DNA of 64,000 nt. Source: Acidimicrobiales bacterium (GTDB taxonomy: Bacteria > Actinomycetota > Acidimicrobiia > Acidimicrobiales > DATDAH01). How positions within the stretch are numbered: position 1 is the first letter of the stretch; every line of letters starts with the position of its first letter. The stretch spans positions 4,698 through 68,697 of the forward strand of contig DATDAH010000244.1 of assembly GCA_036525535.1 (NCBI GenBank), given 5' to 3'. The notes under the pieces are model-generated. The model saw nothing but the letters and a program-made list of their open reading frames with translations, was not told the origin of the DNA and ran no database searches. Positions 9,342 to 18,244 of the stretch are shown here, piece after piece. A program made the position numbers and the translations under genes.

Positions 9342-10325
9342 ATGATGCGACTCGCCCTCCAGGTCCCGAACTTCACGTACCCGGACGTCGAGGTCGGCGA
9401 CCTGTTCGAGACCGTGGCCGAGGTGGCGACCGCCGCCGAGGCGTCGGGTTTCGACACCTTGCTGGTGATGGACCACTTCTACCAGCTGCCCATGCTGGGG
9501 TCGCCCGACCAGCCGATGTTCGAGGCGTACACCCTCCTCAGCGCGCTGGCCGCCCGGACGAGCTCCATCCAGCTGGGCACCCTGGTGACGGGCGTGACCT
9601 ACCGGAACCCGGCCTTCCTGGCCAAGGTCGTCACGAACCTCGACGTCATCTCCCGGGGTCGGGCGATGCTCGGCATCGGAGCGGCCTGGTTCGACATGGA
9701 GCACGACGCCTTCGGCTACGACTTCCCGCCGGTGTCGGACCGCTTCGAGATGCTGGAGGAGGCCATCCAGATCACCCAGGCCATGTTCGCCGACGAGCGG
9801 CCGACCTTCGAGGGCAAGCACTTCCAGGTCCGGGACATCATCAACAACCCGAAGCCGATCCGCGCCAAGATCCCCCTGATGGTCGGCGGGGCCGGCGAGA
9901 AGAAGACCTTGCGCATCGCCGCCCGGTACGCGGACCACTCGAACCTGACCTGCGGTCTCGACGAGGTGCCGCACAAGCTGGACGTGCTGGCCGGTCACCT
10001 GGCCGAGGTCGGCCGGGAGCGTAGCGAGATCGGGGTCAGCGCCCTGAACTTCCTGATCGCCGGCGACACCGACGACGAGGCCTTCGCATCCCGGGACGAG
10101 CTGGTCCGGGGCCTGGGGATGGAATGGGACACCCTGGACGACGGCACTCGGGAGATGCTCGGCCACCGCATGCTGGTCGGCGGCCCCGACAGCATCGGCG
10201 AGCAGGTCCAGGAGCGGATCCTGGGCCAGGGCCTCGATGCCGTCGTGGTCAACATCCCGACCGGCGGCCACCTGCCTGAGGTCGTCGCCCGGAGTGGCGA
10301 GATCCTGACCAAGGCCCTCTCCTGA
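9342..10325 (+). CDS. luciferase-like monooxygenase (LLM) class oxidoreductase, probably F420-dependent
   Basis: 327 aa with MRLALQVPNFTYP...GFDTLLVMDHFYQLPMLG...LGIGAAWF, an LLM TIM-barrel pattern. Confidence 0.8.
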   Translation: MMRLALQVPNFTYPDVEVGDLFETVAEVATAAEASGFDTLLVMDHFYQLPMLGSPDQPMFEAYTLLSALAARTSSIQLGTLVTGVTYRNPAFLAKVVTNLDVISRGRAMLGIGAAWFDMEHDAFGYDFPPVSDRFEMLEEAIQITQAMFADERPTFEGKHFQVRDIINNPKPIRAKIPLMVGGAGEKKTLRIAARYADHSNLTCGLDEVPHKLDVLAGHLAEVGRERSEIGVSALNFLIAGDTDDEAFASRDELVRGLGMEWDTLDDGTREMLGHRMLVGGPDSIGEQVQERILGQGLDAVVVNIPTGGHLPEVVARSGEILTKALS

Positions 10326-10909
10326 CGGACTTCTTCGACGTCGTCGGCCGGCAGCGGGCCTGCCGCGCCTTCGACCCCGACCGCGAGGTCGGTGACGACC
10401 TCGTAGAACGCGTGCTGGATGCGGCCCGCTTCGCGCCGAGCTCGTCGAACACCCAGCCCTGGGTGTTCGTCGTCGTGCGGGACGCCGAGCGGCGGGCGCG
10501 CCTGACTGATCTCATGGACCGGCTCTGGTCGTCGGTTCCCGAGTCGGACCTCGCTCCCTCGCTCCGAGCTGACGTCGCGGGCGGCTTCGGCGGTGGCTTC
10601 GCGACCGCGCCGGTGTGGATCGTCGTCGGCGCCGACGACCAACGGGCGGAAAGGCGGGAACAGTCGTCGTCCATCTATCCCGCCGTGCAGAACCTCCTCC
10701 TGGCGGCCACCGCCCTGGGCCTCGGGTCAGCGATGACGACGATCGCCGCCTACGACCCGGTCGAGGTGCGCGCCATCACCGGGCTCCCCGACTCGGTGCG
10801 CCCCTACGCGATGGTCCCCCTCGGCTGGCCGGCCCGCCCCCTGGGTCCGCCCCGCCGCCGGCCCGTGTCCGAGATCGCCCACCGCGACACCTACGGCGCC
10901 CCCTGGTAG
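10322..10909 (+). CDS. nitroreductase family protein (conserved N-terminus precedes first canonical start at 10412)
   Basis: GTG at 10412 gives MLDAARFAPSSSNTQPWVFVVV. The 30 in-frame codons upstream encode LTDFFDVVGRQRACRAFDPDREVGDDLVER, a typical nitroreductase N-terminus. The frame opens at 10280 and the only start-like codon is CTG at 10322, which overlaps the upstream TGA. Confidence 0.75.
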   Translation: MTDFFDVVGRQRACRAFDPDREVGDDLVERVLDAARFAPSSSNTQPWVFVVVRDAERRARLTDLMDRLWSSVPESDLAPSLRADVAGGFGGGFATAPVWIVVGADDQRAERREQSSSIYPAVQNLLLAATALGLGSAMTTIAAYDPVEVRAITGLPDSVRPYAMVPLGWPARPLGPPRRRPVSEIAHRDTYGAPW

Positions 10910-10997
10910 CCCGTCAGGGGGGGGCAGGGACGAGCGGATGGTCCGCCCCCGCGCGCTCGCCGACATGAGTAGGGGCTACTCGAATCAGGCGGGACCC

Positions 10998-11840
10998 TCA
11001 GTCGGTGAACTCGCACTTCCCGGCGTCGAGGACCACACGGCCGTCGTCACCGGTGGTCTGGAAGACGGCCTCGCCACCGTCCACCCACATGTTCACCGTG
11101 AGCGGCTCGCCGGGGAACACCGGCGAGGAGAAGCGCCCGTCCATCGACGTGAAGCGGGACGGCTCACCGTCACACAGCGTGTGCAGGAGCGCCCGGCCGG
11201 TGAAGCCGAAGGTGCACAGGCCGTGCAGGATCGGCCGGTCGAAGCCGGCCAGGGCGGCGAACTGCGGATCGGAGTGCAGCGGGTTGCGGTCGCCGGACAG
11301 CCGATAGATCAGGGCCTGGTCCGGACGGGTGGCGTAGGTGACCGAGTGGTCCGGTGCCCGCTCGGGCGGCACGTTCTGGGGTCCCGACGGCCCCCGATCG
11401 CCGCCGAAACCACCCTCACCCCGGATGAAGGCCGACATGGTCGTGTCGAACAGCGGCTCGCCGGTCGCGGCGACCTTGGCCTTGGACTCCATGACCACGA
11501 CCGCGCCCTTGCCCTTGTCGAAGATCCCGGTGATCTCGGTGGTGCAGGACAACGTGCCGCTGACCGGGATGGGCTGGTGGAGACGGACGCCCTGCTCGCC
11601 GTGCACGAGCATCGCCCAGTTGAAGTCGCCCAGGCTCGCCATGCCTCCGCCGATCACCCCGAGGACCACGGCCATCGTCGGGAAGACCTTCTGGTCGACG
11701 TCGATGGAGTTCTCGGTGACGAAGGGGAGCTCGTCGGTGCCGGCGCCCACGCCGAGGGCGTAGAGGATGGCGTCCTTGGAGTCCCAGGACATCTCGGTCG
11801 GGTCCGTGACGGTCCCGACGGCATCGAGGTTGAGCGGCAT
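10998..11840 (-). CDS. MaoC-family (R)-specific enoyl-CoA hydratase, double hot-dog
   Basis: 280 aa with the hydratase-2 motif YRLSGDRNPLHSDPQFAALAGF in the C-terminal half. Confidence 0.85.
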   Translation of the reverse strand: MPLNLDAVGTVTDPTEMSWDSKDAILYALGVGAGTDELPFVTENSIDVDQKVFPTMAVVLGVIGGGMASLGDFNWAMLVHGEQGVRLHQPIPVSGTLSCTTEITGIFDKGKGAVVVMESKAKVAATGEPLFDTTMSAFIRGEGGFGGDRGPSGPQNVPPERAPDHSVTYATRPDQALIYRLSGDRNPLHSDPQFAALAGFDRPILHGLCTFGFTGRALLHTLCDGEPSRFTSMDGRFSSPVFPGEPLTVNMWVDGGEAVFQTTGDDGRVVLDAGKCEFTD

Positions 11841-11849
11841 CGAGGTCTC

Positions 11850-12752
11850 CTAGTGCTTGTCGTTGCCGAACATGTCGGCGTTGGGGCGGGCCTTGGCCAT
11901 GAGCTCGGCCACCTTGGCGCCGATCTCGGTGGGGTCGTCGGTGGGCTCCACCGTGGGGCCCTTGTGCCAGCCCTCGGCCACCGCCAGCTCGCGGCCGGAC
12001 ACCTGGAAGACACGACCGGTCACGTCGGCGGACTCGGGACTGGCCAGCCACGTCACGATCGGGGCGATCCAGTGGGGAGCCATGGAGGCCTTGGTCTCCT
12101 CGTCGAGCTGGCCCATGCCGAGGTTCTCGGTCATGCGGGTGATCGCCCCCGGGGCGATGGCGTTGGCCGTGACGCCGTACCGCTCGAGCTCGATCGCGGT
12201 GATGACGGTGAAGGCGGCGATGCCGGCCTTCGCCGCGCCGTAGTTGGTCTGACCGGCGTTGCCGTAGATGCCCGACGGTGACGTCGTGTTGATGATGCGG
12301 GCGTCGACGGTCTCGCCCGCCTTGACCAGCTGCCGCCAGTGGGCCGCGGCGTGGCGGGTGGGCCCGAACGTGCCCTTGAGGTGCACGGCGATGACGGCGT
12401 CCCACTCCCCCTCGGCCATGTTCACCAGCATCCGGTCCCGCAGGATCCCGGCGTTGTTGATGAGCACGTCGAGGCGGCCGAAGTGGTCGATGGCCTGCTG
12501 GATCATCTCACCCGAAGCGTCGAAGTCGGCGACGTTGGCCCCGTTGGCCACGGCCTCGCCGCCCATGGCCTCGATCTCGGCCACGACCGCCTGGGCCGGG
12601 GTGGCGTCCTCGCCCTCCCCGGTCATGTCCCCGCCGAGGTCGTTGACGACGATCTTGGCGCCCTGGTCGGCCAGCATCAGGGCGTACTCCCGCCCGATGC
12701 CCCGGCCGGCGCCGGTGATCACACAGACCCGACCTTCACAGATCCCGCTCAT
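11850..12752 (-). CDS. SDR family oxidoreductase (MFE-2-type 3-hydroxyacyl-CoA dehydrogenase-like)
   Basis: Contains ITGAGRGIG, NNAGILRD and NYGAAKAG (YxxxK). The start is trimmed to MSGICEG at 12752. It lies 9 nt upstream of the MaoC gene. Confidence 0.8.
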   Translation of the reverse strand: MSGICEGRVCVITGAGRGIGREYALMLADQGAKIVVNDLGGDMTGEGEDATPAQAVVAEIEAMGGEAVANGANVADFDASGEMIQQAIDHFGRLDVLINNAGILRDRMLVNMAEGEWDAVIAVHLKGTFGPTRHAAAHWRQLVKAGETVDARIINTTSPSGIYGNAGQTNYGAAKAGIAAFTVITAIELERYGVTANAIAPGAITRMTENLGMGQLDEETKASMAPHWIAPIVTWLASPESADVTGRVFQVSGRELAVAEGWHKGPTVEPTDDPTEIGAKVAELMAKARPNADMFGNDKH

Positions 12753-12885
12753 GTCCTCGTCCTCGTTCGCGCTCGACGTGCTGGCCACCAAGTGGGCGAG
12801 AGAGTGTTTCACCGACGGGCCGGGAGGGGCGAATCCCCCGGGGGTGACAGAGGATCAGCCCCCGCGCACGCCAGAATGGCCGGGA

Positions 12886-14547
12886 ATGCGTCGTCCGTCC
12901 CCCCGCAAGGCCGTCGCGCTCATGATCCCGCTGGTGATCGTGGCCGCGGCCGTCCTGACCTGGGTGGTCGACACGCGCATCCACGCCGACCTGGTCGCCC
13001 GCAACGTCGTCCTCGACGGCCGGGCGATCGGTGGCTTCGGCCAGGCGGACATCGATGCCCGGGTGCGCCACCTCTCCTCGACCTACCTCGACACGCCGGT
13101 CGAGATCCACTCCGGGGACCGCACGCTCGAGACCACGGTGGGCGAGCTGGGCGCGGAGGTCGACCAGGCGGCCACGGTCGCCGCCGCTCAGGACATCGGC
13201 CAGGACCCCGTGTCCTGGGCCCAGCGCTTCCGGGAGGACGAGGTGGCCCCGGTCATCCTGACCCTCGCCGACAACCCGGTGAGCCGCACGCTGCAGGACT
13301 TGGAGGGGTCCGATCGCACCAGCCCGATCGAGCCGCTCATCCAGCACTCCGGCTTCGGCTTCGCCGTCGTCCCGGGTGTGCCGGGCCACGGCATCCGGGC
13401 GACCGAGGTCATCGACCAGGTCGTCGCCGGGGCCGTCACCGGAGAGGACCCCATCGTCGTCGACGTCGACGCGAAGGACATCCCGCCCCGCTTCGACGAC
13501 AGCGAGGCCGAGGCGCTGGCCGAAGAGGCCAACACCCTCACCGAAGACGGGATCACCATCAACGCCGACGGCACCTCCGCCGAGGTGACCGCAGAGACGC
13601 TGGGGCCCTGGGTCACGTCCCGGCCGGGACGGGAGGCCCTGCAGCTGGTGCTCGACCGCGAGCAGGTCGGCGAGGACCTGCCCGGCCTGCTGCCCGACGT
13701 CGGTGACCCCCCAGCCGCCGCCAGCTTCACGGTGAGCAACGGTCGCCCCCGCATCGTCCCGGGCCAGCCCGGCACGGGCTGCTGCGCGCCCGGCTCGGCC
13801 CGTCGGGTCATCGCCGCCCTGCGCAACGGCGACCGATCGGTGGACCTCGAGCTGACCCGGATCCGGCCCGAGCGCGACGCCGAGTGGGCCGAGAGCCTGG
13901 GCATCGTCGAGGAGATCAGCCTCCCGGACCAGGAGCCGTGCACCGCCTACGCCGCCGAAGGCTGCCGCATGAGCACCCACCACGACTGTTGTGAGAGCCG
14001 GGTCACGAACATCCACCGGATGGCCGACATCGTGCGGGGCTACGTGATACCTCCGAACGGAGGCCATTTCTCCATCAACGAGGTCGTCGGGCCTCGGACG
14101 ACCGAGAACGGCTTCGTGGTCGCCGGCGCCATCGAGAACGGCGAGCACGTCGAGTCCGTCGGTGGGGGGGTGTCCCAGTTCGCCACCACCTCCTTCAACG
14201 CCGCCTTCTTCGCCGGGCTCGACATCCCGAACTACCAGTTCCACACCGAGCACCTCAGCCGCTACCCGTTCGGACGCGAGTCGACCGTGTCCTACCCGGC
14301 CCCCGAGTTCCGCATCGTGAACAACACGCCGTACGGCGTGCTGCTGTGGCCCACCTACGACGACACCACCATCACCATGCACCTCTACTCCACCCGGTTC
14401 GCCACCGGGGCCCAGACGGGACAGTCGACGGGCACGAACGGCAGCTGCACCACGGTCAACACCACGAGGACCCGGACCTACGTCGACGGCCACACCGAGA
14501 ACGACACGTTCAGCGGCTATTACCGCAACGGCGGCACCCACTGTTGA
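12886..14547 (+). CDS. VanW family protein with N-terminal membrane anchor
   Basis: The start is trimmed to MRRPSPRKAVALMIPLVIVAAAVLTWVV at 12886. The C-terminal VanW-like core reads GGGVSQFATTSFNAAFFAGL. The upstream part of ORF 12268 is antisense to the SDR gene. Confidence 0.7.
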   Translation: MRRPSPRKAVALMIPLVIVAAAVLTWVVDTRIHADLVARNVVLDGRAIGGFGQADIDARVRHLSSTYLDTPVEIHSGDRTLETTVGELGAEVDQAATVAAAQDIGQDPVSWAQRFREDEVAPVILTLADNPVSRTLQDLEGSDRTSPIEPLIQHSGFGFAVVPGVPGHGIRATEVIDQVVAGAVTGEDPIVVDVDAKDIPPRFDDSEAEALAEEANTLTEDGITINADGTSAEVTAETLGPWVTSRPGREALQLVLDREQVGEDLPGLLPDVGDPPAAASFTVSNGRPRIVPGQPGTGCCAPGSARRVIAALRNGDRSVDLELTRIRPERDAEWAESLGIVEEISLPDQEPCTAYAAEGCRMSTHHDCCESRVTNIHRMADIVRGYVIPPNGGHFSINEVVGPRTTENGFVVAGAIENGEHVESVGGGVSQFATTSFNAAFFAGLDIPNYQFHTEHLSRYPFGRESTVSYPAPEFRIVNNTPYGVLLWPTYDDTTITMHLYSTRFATGAQTGQSTGTNGSCTTVNTTRTRTYVDGHTENDTFSGYYRNGGTHC

Positions 14548-14584
14548 TGGTGACGTCGCCTCGGATATGAGGTGAACTGGAGGG

Positions 14585-15982
14585 GTGACCGACGAGCACC
14601 TCGATTTCCAGCCCCGCATGAGCGACGCCGACAAGCTCATGTGGACCATCGAGCGGGATCCGCTGCTCCGGAGCACGATCACCTCGGTCGTCGTCCTCGA
14701 CGGTCCCCCCGACCACGACCGCCTGAAGGACAAGGTGGAGCGGGCCAGCCGAACCGTCATCCGCCTGCGCCAGCGGGTGATCGGCAACGCCCTGTCCTTC
14801 TCGCCGCCCCGCTGGGAGGTCGATCCCAACTTCGACCTCGACTACCACCTGCGCTTCGTGAAGGCGGCCAACGACGGCAGCATGCGCGAGCTGTTCGACA
14901 TCGCCGAGCCCATCGGCATGCAGGCCTTCGACCGGGCCCGGCCGCTGTGGGAGTTCACCGTGGTCGAGGGCCTCGAGGAGGGCCGAGCCGGGCTGATCAT
15001 GAAGATCCACCACGCGGTGACCGACGGCGTGGGCGGCGTGAAGTTGATGCTGGAGACCTTCGACGCCGAGACCGACCCCGGCGAGCCCGGCGATCTGCCC
15101 GAGGCACCGGCCGTCCACGTCATGGGCCAGGCCGAGCGCTTCGCCGACGCCGTGGCCCACGAGCAGCGACGGGTCATGGGGGTGGCCAAGCGCTCCTTCG
15201 GCACGCTCTCCACGGCCGCGCTGGTCACCGTCGCCGACCCGGTCGGCGCCGGGGCCCGGGTGAGTGAGACGGTCGCGTCCGCTCTCCGGTTGCTGGCGCC
15301 CGCCAGCGAGCCCCTGTCCCCGCTGATGACCGAGCGCTCCCTGTCGGTGCAGTTCCACACCCTGACGGTCCCCCTGGCCGAGATGAAGATCGCCGGTCGG
15401 CGAGCGGGCGGCAAGCTCAATGACGCCTTCGTGGCCGCCATCGCCTCGGGCTGGCGCCGCTACCACGACCACCACGGCAAACCCGCCGGTGCGCTGCGGA
15501 TGTCCATGCCGATCAGCGTGCGCACCGCGGCGACCGAGAACGTGGCCGGGAACCAGTTCGCGCCGGCCCGCTTCCCCGTTCCCCTGACGGTGGTCGATCC
15601 CGTCCACCGGATGAAGGTGGTGCGGGACCTCGTCGGGCGGGCTCGGGCCGAGCCTGCGCTGGCCTTGACCGAGCCCTTGGCCAACCTGCTCAACCACCTG
15701 CCCCCGGACGTGACGACCGGCATCTTCGGCTCGATGCTGCGGGGGGTGGACTTCGTGACCTCGAACGTCCCCGGCCCACCCTTCCCGATCTACCTGAGCG
15801 GGGCCCGGGTGATCAGCCAGTTCCCCTTCGGGCCCATGGCCGGTGCCGCCGCCAACATCACCCTGCTCAGCTACGTCGACGACCTGAACATCGGCATCAA
15901 CACCGATCCCTCCGCCGTCCCCGACCCCGAGACGTTGGTCGAGTGCATGCAGGAAGGCTTCGACGAGATCCTCAAGTGCTAG
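14585..15982 (+). CDS. wax ester synthase/diacylglycerol acyltransferase (WS/DGAT) family protein
   Basis: 465 aa with the HHAVTDGVGG active-site motif and RPLWEF. Confidence 0.85.
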   Translation: MTDEHLDFQPRMSDADKLMWTIERDPLLRSTITSVVVLDGPPDHDRLKDKVERASRTVIRLRQRVIGNALSFSPPRWEVDPNFDLDYHLRFVKAANDGSMRELFDIAEPIGMQAFDRARPLWEFTVVEGLEEGRAGLIMKIHHAVTDGVGGVKLMLETFDAETDPGEPGDLPEAPAVHVMGQAERFADAVAHEQRRVMGVAKRSFGTLSTAALVTVADPVGAGARVSETVASALRLLAPASEPLSPLMTERSLSVQFHTLTVPLAEMKIAGRRAGGKLNDAFVAAIASGWRRYHDHHGKPAGALRMSMPISVRTAATENVAGNQFAPARFPVPLTVVDPVHRMKVVRDLVGRARAEPALALTEPLANLLNHLPPDVTTGIFGSMLRGVDFVTSNVPGPPFPIYLSGARVISQFPFGPMAGAAANITLLSYVDDLNIGINTDPSAVPDPETLVECMQEGFDEILKC

Positions 15983-15989
15983 TCACACG

Positions 15990-16056
15990 TGACCGGCTTC
16001 GCTTCGCTCAGCAAGTCCGGCTCCGCCGATCGCCGAACGATGACGGCGCTGCTCCG
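15990..16056 (+). repeat. dispersed intergenic repeat, copy A (blocks 1 and 2)
   Basis: Block 1 is TGACCGGCTTCGCTTCGCTCAGCAAGTCCGGCTCC (31/35 identical to copy C). Block 2 is GGCTCCGCCGATCG-N15-GCTGCTCCG, with the same spacing as copy D. Confidence 0.7.
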
Positions 16057-16116
16057 GCTGGCGCCTGCGCAGCCTGACGCCTCCCGGCGTCGGTTCGCCG
16101 CGCTCGAGCGCTCGCA

Positions 16117-17151
16117 CTACGCGGTCCAGTCCTTCAGCTGGCTGACGATCTCGGTGGCGTTGCCGATGGGCTGGATGTTGAGCATGGTCACGCCTGACTC
16201 GCGGTAGGCGGCCAGGCGCTCCTTCACATAGCCCTCGTCGCCGCAGATGGTGGTGGCCTCGAGCAGGTCCTCGGGGATGACCGCGGCGGCCTCCTCCTTC
16301 TTGCCGTCGAGGTAGAGGTCCTGGATCTCCTTGGCCTCCTTCTCGAAGCCATACCGGCAGACCAGGTCGTTGTAGAAGTTCTTGCCCCGGGCGCCCATGC
16401 CGCCCACGTACAGGGCGACCATCGGACGGGCGAAGTCCCGGAAGCCCTTCACCTCGGCGGTCGGGCCGATGGCCACGAGACCACCGGCGACGACCTCCAG
16501 AGGGTCGAGGTCGTCGGACCGTTTGGCGGCACCCCGCGCCAGGTCGTCACCCCAGACATCCTCGGCCTTCTCGGGCAGGTAGAAGAGCGGGAGCCAGCCG
16601 TCGGCAATCTCGGCCGTCAACTCGACGTTCTTGGGCCCGAGGGCGGCGACGTGGATCGGGATGCGGTTCCGAACGGGGTGGGTGATCAGCTTCAGCGGCT
16701 TGCCCAGACCGGTGCCCTGCCCCTCTGGGAGGGGGATGGCGTAGGCCTTGCCCGAGAACTCGACCCGCTCCCGCTTCCAGACCTGGCGGCAGATCTCGAT
16801 GATCTCCCGCGTCCGGGTGAGCGGCTTGTCGTACGGCACACCGTGGAAGCCCTCGATGACCTGAGGCCCGGATGCGCCGAGGCCGAGCACGCAGCGACCG
16901 CCCGACAGGGCGTCGACCCCGGCCGCGGTCATGGCCAGGAGCGTCGGCGTGCGGGTGTAGAGGGGCAGGATCCCCGAGGCGATCTCGACCCGCTCGGTGA
17001 CCGCCGCGAGGTAACCCATGATGCTGACCGCGTCGACGCCGTACGCCTCGGCCACCCAGATGAGGTCGAGGCCGGCCGCCTCGAGGTCCACGGCCTGCTG
17101 GGCCACCTCGGCGGGCGAGACGTCGTAGCGGAGCTGGGTGCTGATCTTCAT
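16117..17151 (-). CDS. LLM class oxidoreductase, probably F420-dependent
   Basis: 344 aa from MKISTQLRYDVSPAEV..., with AAGLDLIWVAEAYGVDAVS and LGLGASGPQVIEGFHGVPY. The ORF-track N-terminal extension is R/P/G-rich and was discarded. Confidence 0.8.
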   Translation of the reverse strand: MKISTQLRYDVSPAEVAQQAVDLEAAGLDLIWVAEAYGVDAVSIMGYLAAVTERVEIASGILPLYTRTPTLLAMTAAGVDALSGGRCVLGLGASGPQVIEGFHGVPYDKPLTRTREIIEICRQVWKRERVEFSGKAYAIPLPEGQGTGLGKPLKLITHPVRNRIPIHVAALGPKNVELTAEIADGWLPLFYLPEKAEDVWGDDLARGAAKRSDDLDPLEVVAGGLVAIGPTAEVKGFRDFARPMVALYVGGMGARGKNFYNDLVCRYGFEKEAKEIQDLYLDGKKEEAAAVIPEDLLEATTICGDEGYVKERLAAYRESGVTMLNIQPIGNATEIVSQLKDWTA

Positions 17152-17162
17152 GCCGTTCGAAC

Positions 17163-18092
17163 CTAGCCCCAGAGGCTCTTCACCGACCGAGGCCGGGTGG
17201 GCAGCACGGCGGCCCTTCCGGCAGTGAGCCTGAGGTCCCGGGGACGGGGCTCGGGGCGGTCCCGGCTCGCCGCCGCGGTGATCCCCGCAGGGTCCAGGCC
17301 GTGGGCCTCGGCCAGGACGACGCCGAGGTGGTGGCGGCTGAGGGCGTCCGGTCCGACCAGGTGCCACGGCCCACTCCGGTCGGTGCGGGGCAGGGCCACG
17401 ACGTCCCAGAGCTGGCCGGCCAGGTCGTCGGCCCGGATCGGGCAACGGATCTCGTCGGTGAACAGGGCGATGGCCTCGCCCGTCCGGAGGGTGTCCACGA
17501 CCCAGGCCGACCGCGGGTCGAGTGGATCGGCGGCGCACACCAGCGACGTGCGGCAGATGGCGGCGTAGGGCACGGCCGTCGCCACGTCGGCCTCGGCCTG
17601 CGCTTTGGCTCGGCCGTAGGCGTGGACCGGGACCGGGGGCGCGTCCTCGGCATAGGGCGCGTGCTCGCCGTCGAAGACCACGTCACTGCTGAGGTGGACC
17701 AGCGCCACGTCGTGGATGGCGCACGCGGCGGCGACCGAGCGCGTCGCCGTCACCACGTCCCGCTCGAGATCGGCCGTCCCGTAGGCGGTGTGGATCACGA
17801 CCTCGGGCCGTACCGCCGCCAACAGGCCGACGGGCTCGTCCGGGTCAGCCAGGTCGACCGTGTGGGCCTCGGCTCCGACAACCGGCGTGTGGCGTTGCGT
17901 GGCGTGGACCTCGACGCCGACGGGCGCCGCGGCGATCAGCGTCGAGCCGACCAGCCCCGCCCCACCCGTGACCAGGACCCGCCTCTCATCGCTCGGATCC
18001 GGGCGCCGGCGCGACGTCAGGCCGGCGACGGCCGCCGGCCGATGCGGCGTACCGGTACGGCCACGGCGAGGAGGCCCACGACGAGAACGCAC
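17163..18092 (-). CDS. NAD(P)-dependent sugar epimerase/reductase (RmlD-like SDR), start uncertain
   Basis: Has the Rossmann motif VLVTGGAGLVGS and a YGRAK catalytic pair. The only canonical in-frame start nearby is GTG at 18092, which overlaps the upstream small gene by 76 nt. The alternative is CTG at 18020 in a CTGA overlap. Confidence 0.7.
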   Translation of the reverse strand: MRSRRGPPRRGRTGTPHRPAAVAGLTSRRRPDPSDERRVLVTGGAGLVGSTLIAAAPVGVEVHATQRHTPVVGAEAHTVDLADPDEPVGLLAAVRPEVVIHTAYGTADLERDVVTATRSVAAACAIHDVALVHLSSDVVFDGEHAPYAEDAPPVPVHAYGRAKAQAEADVATAVPYAAICRTSLVCAADPLDPRSAWVVDTLRTGEAIALFTDEIRCPIRADDLAGQLWDVVALPRTDRSGPWHLVGPDALSRHHLGVVLAEAHGLDPAGITAAASRDRPEPRPRDLRLTAGRAAVLPTRPRSVKSLWG

Positions 18093-18202
18093 AGGACCAC
18101 CTTCTCGATCGGACCGGTCTGTGGCGACCCGGCCCCGACCACGAGGTTCAGCGCCATCGCCGTGATCGCGACGAGCAGCAGGAACCGGAGCACACGGAGC
18201 AT
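18017..18202 (-). CDS. small membrane protein (61 aa, two hydrophobic spans)
   Basis: Translation is MLRVLRFLLLVAITAMALNLVVGAGSPQTGPIEKVVLCVLVVGLLAVAVPVRRIGRRPSPA. It sits between the ACAD and RmlD-like genes on the same strand. Confidence 0.5.
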   Translation of the reverse strand: MLRVLRFLLLVAITAMALNLVVGAGSPQTGPIEKVVLCVLVVGLLAVAVPVRRIGRRPSPA

Positions 18203-18244
18203 GGGCCCAGCGTAGTTCCGCTACATCGCCTCGTCCGGTGGTCC

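Noticed and set aside
10960-10997. tRNA-like T-loop fragment (…ctactcgaatcagg…) in the nitroreductase/MaoC spacer.
   Set aside because: There is no GGTTCGAATCC context. No acceptor or anticodon stems can be folded around it.
12268-12885. N-terminal extensions of ORF-track entries. Examples are 12268 for VanW, 17538 for LLM, 19463 for RmlD-like, 23513 for SDR, 31969 for NTF2-like, 51971 for KARI-like, 55923 for ACAD, 58724 for YcnI, 46116 and 47905.
   Set aside because: The extensions overlap neighbouring genes in antisense or out of frame. They are low-complexity, and internal starts give the family-typical N-terminus.
15989-16207. 72-aa plus-strand ORF covering repeat copy A.
   Set aside because: It runs into the 3' end of the convergent LLM gene and has an implausible composition. 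Similarity among repeat copies is at nucleotide level without a consistent frame.
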